Program-made: the position numbers and the translations under genes | DNA from: Bispira polyomma | Lineage: Eukaryota | Direction of reading: 5' to 3' | Assembly (NCBI GenBank): GCA_965649765.1 | Contig: OZ287749.1 | Span: 72,602,001-72,666,000 of the forward strand | Length of the DNA: 64,000 nt | Shown here: positions 53,282-64,000 of the stretch, one piece after another | Position numbering within the stretch: position 1 is the first letter of the stretch | Layout of the letters: the number at the start of each line of letters is the position of its first letter | The notes under the pieces: model-generated | Told to the model about the DNA's origin: nothing | The model's database searches: none | The model's input: only the letters and a program-made list of their open reading frames with translations

Positions 53282-53384
53282 ACAAATCGCTATCTTTTGT
53301 ATCCCTCCATTCAGGCTAAAACCTTTTAATTTTGTTGTATTACATCCCATACAACTAATGTGTTATAGCTACTACTCTCAAATG

Positions 53385-53798
53385 TAAAACCGAATTTCAC
53401 TGAGTCAATCCCAAGTTCTAACCCTTTGTTACCTACACTTCCTGGACAAGTCTTGCATAAACTGAATGAGTAATGCCTTACACAAGATGGATTTTGATCA
53501 ACTCTGTATAGGTCGTGATCAGCTCGTACTAACTCTGGGAAGCTCTGCACAACTCCTGTCAAACGTGTGCCAACTCCAGATAGCTCTGGTTGAACTCTGC
53601 ATGACTCCTGACAAGCGTGTGTTATACTTTGCTGGACTCATTTTGGCTCTTGGCCTTAAATACATGCACAAGTTATCACAAGTTCCCCAAAACAATCCCA
53701 CCACAAGCTGGCACAATGTTGTTATCATGAGCTGTGCAGAGTTATCTGAGTGTCATCGAGAGCTCTATCATGAGCTAGCCCAAGTTAACCTGGCATTA
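53385..53798. mobile_element. Old non-autonomous DNA-transposon-like repeat related to 38790-39057
   Basis: Internal quasi-repeats of aactc/agctct; end agttaacctggcattaa is shared in reverse orientation with 38790. Confidence 0.4.
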
Positions 53799-56700
53799 AA
53801 TGCCAATTCTAACTTGGGAAGGTTTGGCACTTTTTAAGGAAAGTTATTATTAATTGATTTTGCAGACGGGGGTTAGATTACGTGGATAGATTAAGTGTCG
53901 TATTCTGTAGCCTGATTTCTGCTAAAACAACATGGAAAAGAGAAGGAAGTATTCAAACGATTTTATTAAACATAATATTTATCTACTTTTATATTTAATG
54001 CCATGAGTAAAAAGAAACAAATTAATTAACTCCTTGTCAATTATAAAAGTCACCTCAAGGCTATTGTCCTTAGACATTAAATGTAGATTCACTTAGCATT
54101 TATGAATGTATCGTGACAGAACAAGTTAATTGATGAGACAAATAATTCTTAAAAGCAGTACTAATTCAAGTTCTTGTCAAATATCTTTAAAAGGCCACAA
54201 ACATCGAATGATTAATAGGCATATTGTCTCTGTCTATAAATTAATTAGAAAACAGAAAGGACACCCATCTTTAAAAAACAGGTCTATGCAAAAGCTAATA
54301 CTGCTGTTTCTATTTAAGCTAATAGTTAGAATCGCTTGCTTCATATTCACATTCTATGTTACTATGTCGTGTCACATATAGTTTGAAACAAAGCGCATAA
54401 TTAGTAAGCTCCTGATATTTTTTTTCGATAAACTTTCTTTTGATAATTTTACCATTGTCAATATTAGAAGTCATCAATCTTGCAGGTTTATCATCTTAAT
54501 CATTTTGTCAATTCTTTATTATAAAAGTTCACAGATTGGACAGCAGAAGGTTAAAAATTGAAGAACAACACATTAGTCTTTAGTATTTTAGATAATTGTG
54601 TACTCCTAAAGACAAGTCAAATATATCATGTGTGATAATGCGTCTCCACCATTTTATTTAAATGCCTACGAGTCGAGTAGAAATCGTGTCTTGGACCAAC
54701 AACAAAACGACAGAGATTTCATTGAGTGATTTGTCTTTTCTATTGTTTGAGAACACTTCAACCCACGTTTAGAGTGACACAAAGTTTTAGCTAAAAGATG
54801 TTTTGAAGACTGTTATATAGTAGTATATAGTCTAATTGTATTTACTGTAGTCTTGGTTTCATATTTATGTGCTGGGTATATTTCAGATTTTAGTTTTATC
54901 AGTTCAAGCCTCAAGTCCTAATATAGAATGCTATATTAACAATTATATTTTTAGTCATTTACACTTGTTCTGTACTTGTATATTGTTCACATGTAACGCT
55001 AATGTGTTATAGAGTAATGTGATATAAAACTAGTCTGTCAAAATCTAGTTCATATGGGAATGGTCAGAGTTTGTAGTTGTCAGACATTTAATTCATTGGC
55101 TTTATAATTACTATGTGGTTCCTGTGATAATTAGTATTTCATACATATTTTATGTACTATTTTGCAAGTATGTCATTGATGGACAGGTTATTTTTTGAAT
55201 TAGGAATTATCACTGGAATAGGTTTGGACATAATTATTTGTCTATGTCATTTTATGATGTGTATATAGAATATTAGTATTCTGTTGTTTTAGGGGTTTTT
55301 CCTGCGAGTTGGATCAGGAAACAGTGCCGTGGACGTTGATGGTACAAGTTTATGGCAATAAACTCTTTTAGTCGAGTGCTTGTGTTTTAGTTCTTCTGCC
55401 CTTGGGTAAGCCCGGATCTTGTAGATAAGAGTGGCATGATTCTTTCCGGCAACACTTACATAAACTGTTTAACATCATTGTTGCAAACCAGGGTATTTAG
55501 AATTTTAGCTTAAAACCTTTAAACCTGATGGTAACATTCATAATAGTATTCATAATTTCAACTTTTGTATTATTGGTTTCATGCATCTTCACAACTATAT
55601 TTACCTAAAGCAGACATCATGAAGGCAAGCATCATTTCTTTATGTACAGCATATAACATTAATTCTCTACTCTAGGTGATAAATCACCCTCAACTTATTT
55701 TCAAATGCATCATATATATGTAGGTGCTAAATAAACAGATGTTGTGGTTGACATGTTTACCTCTTATTCTGAATAAATTGCAAATTTAAATCCAATGTGA
55801 CATCTTCAGAATGCATGGACATTGGTTTTTGTGGCTTTCATTTAGGTCAATAAAAATCTTTTCAGATAAAGCTTTTGCAAGGATACATGACTAGAAACAA
55901 TTAAAATGATGAACTCGGCCTATAAGATTGTGTCTAAATGTAATTTATCACTGGAATCTGGTTTTGGTACATTACCTCTTTGGCATTGTTTGGATGTAGT
56001 GGTCTGTTGAAGAGGTTATTGATCAAAGGAGCATCATACACAAAAGGGTCAATGCCAAAACGTATAGAGGAAGTAATTAAAGTAGCTAATCAATATATTT
56101 TCTTCAAAGGGTTTGTGTTTTAAATTATGTAAAAGTTTGAATTTGTGTTAACATTTTTATAATACCAGATTGGTGTTGATTTAACATATTTGCTGCATTT
56201 AGATTGTTAAAAAATAAATAAAATAACATACAACGGATCTACATGTTATTCATCATAGCATTAAATGGTCATGAATAGGAAAGTTTGCCATGGCTACATT
56301 ATATTATAGACTAACATTGACTGCATTTATCATTTTTTGTTGTTGAATAAAAAACCTAATGTAAAAAAAATGTCATCGTCAGATGCCTAGCTATTAAGAA
56401 CTAATACACAAATCTTTAAATTATAGGAAATGGATGAGGTTAAGGTCGTTAGTTAAATGTTAGAGTCCATACTGTGTGATAAGTGATGCTTTCACTTTAG
56501 GTTTACATTGTATATTCTGACGTCTGTGGCAGTGTTTATCATCGCAAATGGACTTAAATGTAGCCCATGTTAGAGGGCTAACTTAGTCTAGCCAAAGCTC
56601 ACTTTCGAATAATTTATATATTTGAACATTGTATATTCTTATCTATTTCGCAGTTATCTTGTTATGTTCATGTATACGTTGAATGAAATAGCACAGACTG

Positions 56701-59114
56701 AGATCTATATTAAATTTAAAAATAAACATACAATGACATTACTTTAATTGAAGTTTGAAAAGTATTTAGGCCAAAGAAAGGCTACTTTATGATAAAAATG
56801 GGTGTGGAGTGTTTGCGGTGGTGATGGAGTATGAGGCCATACACTCGGGAAAATGTGGACGTAACCTTTCTGTTTTAACACACTTTGTTGATGTTAAAAT
56901 AAACAGAAGAATGAAGGGGGGAAAAGAGTGGTTGGAAAACAACAAAATACTGCTTATGTCATTAGAATGACAGTTATATACAATGAACACATGAGCTCTT
57001 TGGTTGTGGAATTCATGGATATCCCATAATGCGTACTAGCTACGGCATAAAATACATACAATACATCGGTTGTATAATATACCTCTTACATATATATATG
57101 TGTATGGGCAACAAATAAATTAAGACAACAAAAAAAAAAAGAAGTTCTTTGAAAACATCTCCGAAATGACAACAATGAAGAACAATACGAGATCAGATTA
57201 TACAAGATCAGATTATTAGATAAAGTTGACATATGGGCCGGCAGTATTTCACTTTCTTCCAAAAATATTGTTCAAAACGACATCCCAGTTAGTATTAAAC
57301 ACAATGGATTGTTGGTAGGAATGTGATCAGCGTGTATTTATCAGTTGTGTGGGTTTATGGGTATGTTTATTGTGAGATATGTGCTCTCATACCAAACAAC
57401 ATGGAGTAGGTATTCCTCATCCAAAAACGGCATACAGGTAATAAAAACCCCAGGCCCAATTGCAGTTGCATCTCAAAAATCCTACGATCTAAAGGATAGA
57501 TCTGGGCATTAATGGTGTTCTGTCTGCGATAGGCTTTAATTATTGATGCCATTAACTGTCCCCTGAAGGATGGCAGGTGTACCAGTATTAACAGACCCCC
57601 CCCCCCCCCCCCCGTTCATACATTTGCCCATAAACATTCATGTGCAGTGGATGTCATTCAATGCAATGACTGTAGTTCTGTATCAGTAGAGCTATAATGG
57701 ACAATTAGTGTGCTTGTAAAATACATGTTGTTTCTTTGTTATTGTTCTATTCACGTGTTAACATTAATGCATGTCTAAAATGCTGGTTACCAAATGAGTG
57801 CAGTCATAGTGTATTGACTTTTTACCAGAAAGAAGTTGATATTTCTAAACTAGTGGAATAGGGAGAATACTAGTCACCTACCCTATGAGAGCAATACAAC
57901 TATTTAAAATTAGCACAATTGGTGCATGCAGGGGCTAAAATTATCTGTTAGACCGTATGATAAATGTAGCTGTTATTTCTCATTTCTGACCGAATTAAAG
58001 CATCCTAGTATTCCTAAATTCTTAATTTAAGGCAGTTCTGTCAATCAAATTGTCTGTGTAAACCTATGTGTCTTAAAATTCTTTTTTGTGCTAAAGTTCC
58101 TTATGAAAGTCTGCTCAAAATAGCCCACATTTTGAAGAGTCTTACATTCATTTTTATAACAAATATGGTTTATGTCAAGCTACAGGCAAGTATTAAAACT
58201 TATCATGTACTATGTCTACCTATTGTGGTTTACATCAGTTTGAACTTGTGGTAGTTTTGTCCACCAAAATCTATTCAAAGACAAAAAAGACAATATATTC
58301 TGCAGAAGGATCAGAATATGTCAACTTTGTTTTAGATTAATGTAAAGCTACCTGATATTTTTTACTGATAATAAAAAAATATCATATATTTGTTGATAAG
58401 TTTTACATAATATGCTCAAACTTTAACAGTTATTACATGACGTATATGTAAAGTATGGGTCACAACCTCATTTTGCATAATTTTAGAAGAAACCGATTTG
58501 TTTTTTTTTTACCTAAATACAAGCCATTTGTTGAACATAAATACTTATTATTTTTTCCTGAGATATAATTACCTCTAAATAATAAAAGTATTACATGTTT
58601 CTTTCACTTTTAATGCAAAAGGTTTCTATTAAGCCCATCCCCTTACTTCAAATATTTAATTAAACTTATTACATTTTTGTCATTTTCTAATAATAAGTGT
58701 AAAACTCAGTTAAAAAAAATTTAGTGTGGTATTTTTTGTAAACAAATAACCTGCGTGCAGTAAAAGTAAATATAATATTTACAAAATGTATTTTATATAA
58801 GCAAATATTTTACAAGGGACGTAAATATCCGTTGAAAAAAAATTACCACAAAGAAAAGTAGTATTAATCAATCTCAAAAAATATACATGTTATTTAACTT
58901 TGTTACCTAGAGTTTTCATCCACATCTGCATGTCAATTTTCTTTTGTCTTTTAAAGGTTGTTTGAGAGTACTGGTACCTATATGATTTGTGCAAGTAGCA
59001 ATTTGGTGAATACCATCACATAAACCAAAGACAGAGAATTTATGGTCTTGCTAGTTTAGAGGAAACATGCATGCAGTATAAATATTTTGTCATTTTAGTA
59101 TGCATTAAGGAAAT

Positions 59115-59440
59115 GAAAAGAAATTCGATATTTGCTATAGCGCACTTATACAACACAGGGTAATTTCAAATGCGCTTCCTCATGGGCAGCCACTATGGTC
59201 GCCGAAGCTTGAGGATGCCCATTTATCAACGTCACCAATGATCTTTAATCTGTCACTAGAGATAGTACTCGGTGACAGAGGACCGCCATTTTAAGTGGTC
59301 ATACGAGCCACTAGGAAAACGCATGTGCACATCTGGCCCAAGGATGTTATCCCACCAAATGAAACTAGCGGTCGATGCCTGGAGTTGATGCCAGGACTTT
59401 CTGATCATCAGACTAACACCCTAACCATCAGTCATATGCA
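59115..59440 (-). mobile_element. Near full-length tRNA-derived SINE, family 2
   Basis: On the - strand: tRNA-like head (tgatggttagggtg...tcaactcc), core tggctcgtatgaccacttaaaatggcggtcc, and an aagcgcatttga...tgcgctatag tail resembling L2-type 3' ends. Confidence 0.75.
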
Positions 59441-60179
59441 GTAGCGTCTGTCATCTAGTGTTACACAGTAAAATGGATTTGTTTTACCATCAGTGATTTA
59501 GCAACACTGAAATATATTAATTTAATGATTTTGTATAATTTTTAAAGTTTTTTTTTCCATTTGCTGCTTCAGGACATTATAATAGTGCTACAGTTTTTAA
59601 GTCGCAAATGGGGTTAAATAATTTTACTTGCTAAATATTTGAAATATTTATAAACTTTATTTTATTTTAAGTAAGAATGTATTAAAAATTTTCAAAGAGA
59701 ATGTGCCAATTAAAAAAATCCTCAACGTATTGTACCTTAATCAACAACCCTGACAGGTGACAAATTAATCCAACTTCCCCAGAGCAGGAACTCTTCCTAG
59801 AGTTGTAAAGAATCACCCTTTTCCCTCTACTGTGCATCATTGGCCTTCATTAGCTACTGTTTCCAAAGCATAAAAAATGTTCTAAAACCATTGCACAGAC
59901 AAAAAATTTAAAAGCACTGTCAGTTACCATATTTCTGATTTTTTAAACTTTCCCTTAAAGAAAGTTGTTTTTGTTTGATGGGTAAAAATTTATTGAAAAT
60001 TGTTCCTACAAATTGTGCAAGAAACATGGTGTATTTATATAGTGTAATTAATACCAGTAAATATTTTACGGGTCTGTTTACTTGGTCACTAGCAATATTA
60101 TTAATGCTTTGAATTATTCTACCTGTCTTTTTACCTGGTTATCTGCAATAATATTCTACTTTTAATTGTTTTACCTGGT

Positions 60180-60550
60180 TATCTGCATAACATGGGCAGC
60201 TATTGAGAAGGCTCTAGTAGATCCAGCCCATTTGGTGGGTTTTTTGTGACGAAACACAGGTTCTATTTCCTTAATGTTATGGATACATGAAACTGAGGAA
60301 TAGAAGAGTAGCAAGGTATGAGGTTGGAAGGCAACAGCTTTGAAAATGGCGACATGAATTCTATTCGATAGGAAGCAAAAGTAATTTGGTCGGAGGTATG
60401 GATTGACATCTGTGCAAAGGCCCAAACGAAAAATGACCCAATGTAAATGATTTTGAATGGACTGTAGTTTTTTATAATTGGACTTATTAACCCCAAACAA
60501 AAGAGAATTGCAGTCGTCAATGAGGCAATGTAAACTAATATTGGCAACTA
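60180..60550 (-). mobile_element. Degenerate L2-group LINE ORF2 3' fragment
   Basis: DDCNSLLFGV...KKLQSIQN...VNPYLR...RAFSIAA on the - strand. Confidence 0.75.
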
Positions 60551-63324
60551 GTATATCAGTTATACATATTTACTGCACAAGTTGGCTTATAAGCAAAATC
60601 TAAAACCGACCTGTTTTGGTAACGTGTCCTAGTATTAGTTCAGTGATTTCCAAAGGGTCATTAGTCTTTGTATGCAAATGTTTTGTGCAGCCAAAAAGAT
60701 CTTTTAGTGGCATATGTGAACAGATAAATAATTCATGTGGTTTGAAGATGTTCACAAGGCTGTACTCATTTACCCAGGATAAGTCACAGATTTCTGTCAT
60801 GTAATAACAGCTCATGATTTGGAGTTTTATAACCACTTAAGTTTCTGACAATATTGAAATTCATTACATTTTTGAAAATGCTAAATAAGCTTGTGAAATT
60901 TTATAAGAAAACTAATTTATTGTACATGAGAAATTGCAATTTAAATAAAATAAATTAATGTACTTTACTGTTATCGTATGAAATATGTCTGATTAGAGAG
61001 AGAGATTAAGCATTTTGTATAAGAGAGCCATATCTAACATTAACCAACCTTTAAAAAAGAGTAGTATAACATGTCTGAATAAATTAAAATGATACTGTAC
61101 ATAACCATAGTTACATCAAATATATTTATGTAAAAATGTCTATTGTTTTGAAAATAATGCCAATCTACATACATATGTTGTACATTACAACCCAATACTG
61201 TATAATTGTCTCTCATATTATTTAATATGTTTGATAAGTTTAACATCACTTTCAGTTCTTTTGTAGTTATATCAAGATGGGATGATGTCAAGTTATTTTG
61301 TGAAGGCCAAACCGTTTAGCAGCTCTACTACCAGTTTATATACATTTATGTCAGGGATAAGATTTGAACCCACCACTGGAGAGGTAGCAGGTGAGAAGGT
61401 TACCCATACACCCGTACACCCATATACCAACAAGCCTAACCTTCAAATTGAATATGTGTTCTAATGAAATAACTCTCTGTTGCTCTATAATTTTGCAATG
61501 TTAAAGGTAAAGAAGAGCACGAAATGGCCTTTAAAACTATAAACAAATGTGGTTGGCTTCAAACCCAGAGGTTACATATACATACATACAATAAATAGCA
61601 ACATTTGTCAAGCAGAAGGTTACAAATGCAATACACTATATGGCTGTTTAATGAATTGTGGTAAATGTTTTTGTTACATTAATTTTGATAAATATCAGAG
61701 CTCCAACACAATACCCAAATGTTACATACATCTATATTTTACAGGATCTATCTTTTGTTTTTACATTTGATAACTTTATTCATTCACAATATTTTTTGAA
61801 TGCCTGTACCCCTCTTTAGTGTAATGCTGATTATAGTATATTCTGTATGACTTTTTAATTTTAATTTTTCTCTCCTAAAAAACCCATACAACAATGTGCA
61901 ATATGTACATACAGAATGTGCCGTAAAATTTAACTACCTAACAGTGTTTTAAGTCCTAACAATACAATACAAAGGAAATCCAATATGGCCGTGAGTGGCT
62001 ACTGACGTCATTAACACTAACAAGTTCTTAATTATGATCTATTCTATTTACCATTACTAACATATGTCGCAAAATTTATTTAATTTTTACTTTTGTATAT
62101 ACTTATTAGTTATACTATTGTTATTTGCATAATATAAACAATTAAGGCTGAAGTATCACACAGGTATATGTTACATTAAAATAATTAATTTAACATATAT
62201 ATATTATTCTACTTTAAATGTGTAATTAGACCAACTGCAAGCCAGCCTGTCTAAGCCTAATATTGATGTAAGTAACACAGTTTGACAATGACATTATTTT
62301 TGGCAATAATTTGTGAAGCAAATTTACAAAGTTACAGAAAGATATCAAAAATAAAGATGAAATAGATGTATGTTTAAAGTACAAAAATAATATTTAGATA
62401 AACCCCCTGTTAAAATAAGCTAAAAAATAGAGTCAAAAGAATTCAGTAGAAAACCAAACACTATTACAAATTTTCCAAACACTCAGACCTCTTTAATGTT
62501 GCGGATATTTTCTTGTGTATATTGTTACGCTGATACAATATATTCCTCAGATAAATATCAAACTTTCCACTTTGTTGCAGCGATTAATTGAAATGTCCAA
62601 CCTATTTATGTAAAGTGCTTTGTGATGGTACTTGAAAGTGAGAAAAAAATTGTTAGAATGTGGATCTACCATTTATCAATGTGATTTTTTTTGTACTTTG
62701 GTGCTAGCTTATCTTTATCCAAGAGTATTTGTAAGAAATTCCAATAAAAAAGCAAATATATGGAAAACTGACGTTATTAAATATTGTTTATAAATAAAAT
62801 TAACGAATGAATAAATGTCATAGACTTGAATGTTATAGCTTTGGAGAAGGTTACATTTTAAAGAGAATTATAGATTCTACATTTGTTTTCTATTCTGTAG
62901 ATACGTATTTAACAGCAAACAATATCTGTAATTTAATCTGGTAGGTAAAAGAGTTACGTCTTGATATGTATTAATTATTGTAATTGTGTGTAATTCTATA
63001 TTCAATAAACAAGTCACTATGTATATTTAATTTATTGTATTTCAGATTTTTTTATGCACTCATATTTTTGCTGATAAAAACAGCACCTGAAACAGCTAAA
63101 AAGACAATGAATAATATTTGTGTTCAATGTTGTACATGATTGACTGGCAAAGTGCTAATGCAATAATTAATAATGCACATGGTGTACCAATTGTCACATA
63201 AAAATACACTGGTCTTATATAAGTGATATAGGTTACAGTGACTTCTGCCTGTTACAAGGAAATGTTAAAAGTAGACAATATACCAGCCCCATATTACAAT
63301 GAAATCCCTTACATTACAATCCAG

Positions 63325-63432
63325 GGGCCGTATTCACGAAGGGACTTAGCCCAGTCTTAGGCTTAAATCAGTATACTTTTGTGTTAGATTTAAGCCTAAG
63401 ACCTAGCTAAGACCTTTCGTGTTATACTGCCC
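63325..63432. mobile_element. 108-bp palindromic Harbinger-type MITE with CAG TSD
   Basis: CAG|gggccgtattcacgaagggacttagc...gtcttaggcttaaatc / gatttaagcctaagac...gctaagacctttcgtgttatactgccc|CAG. Confidence 0.85.
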
Positions 63433-64000
63433 CAGTCATATGAAAGTTTGACCAGGTTTTAACTGACTGTACTCACACACTACGTCAAAGGTAGTAAAAA
63501 ATCTAAAATGTTTATTGCTTGTTTGACAACAAATGATCAGTAAGCTGTTTTCCATGGCTATGTATACTGATCATTCCCTCTTAAAATTGCCAGTTGGTGC
63601 AAGTGTAAAGGGCTTCCTGGATATATAACCCAGGCACTTGTTGAATGCACAGGGAAGGACATTATCTAATGAAAACAGTAAAAAGCTCTTACTGGGTGTT
63701 CTCTTTTTATGGAAGAAAACTTGTTACTTTTTTGTTACCAGCTACAATACTGTGTGTAGTGTAAGCAAACAAACAGTAAGAGCTGGTATTGTGGATGTGA
63801 GATAAAGCATTGTATCTGTAAAATGAATATTACAAGTTATTATTAGTTAAGATGTTGTCAAAAGTATAATAATATATTAGTTGGAGGGTGCTGATCTCTT
63901 CAAATTTAGCTTTTATTTTTTAAAGAAAAAAGAAAGACCTATCAGGCCTACTGGTGAAATACTTCAGTGTTAGTCAATGTACCAACTCATACCACTGTTG

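Noticed and set aside
53326-53837. Overlapping 69-123 aa ORFs
   Set aside because: They lie in a quasi-repetitive TE-like segment related to 38790-39057; no recognisable domain or splice-consistent structure.
55293-55460. GC-elevated island with + strand AG/GTAAG signals and a short - strand open frame
   Set aside because: All + frames close before the strong donor; the - strand shows only vague similarity to a retroelement endonuclease tail. Not supportable.
56787-56990. Hydrophobic - strand ORF as a candidate signal-peptide exon
   Set aside because: No good donor in a compatible phase and no true ATG start in suitable context.

Overview
AT-rich, intron- and transposon-rich eukaryotic DNA. 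The SINE and neuropeptide-gene content points to an invertebrate animal, probably a mollusc or other lophotrochozoan (inference). Most entries in the supplied ORF track are spurious; the real coding sequence is spliced. (1) + strand 975-6706: the last four exons of an unidentified acidic protein carrying an EETEGSGEND glycosaminoglycan-attachment-like motif. (2) - strand 43824-30069: three phase-1-joined exons of a prohormone-4 / IDLSRF-like neuropeptide precursor homolog (LDLa module plus helical C-terminal domain); its 5' signal-peptide exon(s) were not found. (3) 21403-24770: a decayed PIF/Harbinger transposon whose DDE transposase gene (-) and MADF/BESS-like gene (+) are interdigitated exon-in-intron, apparently inserted into an older Academ-like element and itself hit by a young SINE; a matching non-autonomous MITE lies at 42673-43158. 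The rest comprises two tRNA-derived SINE families (four young copies with target-site duplications, TSDs), several MITEs, L2-like, RTE-like and piggyBac-like remnants, three minisatellites (46, 49 and 47 bp units), a ~220-bp intronic inverted duplication and a 164-N gap. No rRNA, true tRNA, CRISPR or prokaryote-type system is visible. Family assignments come from recalled motifs, not from database searches.
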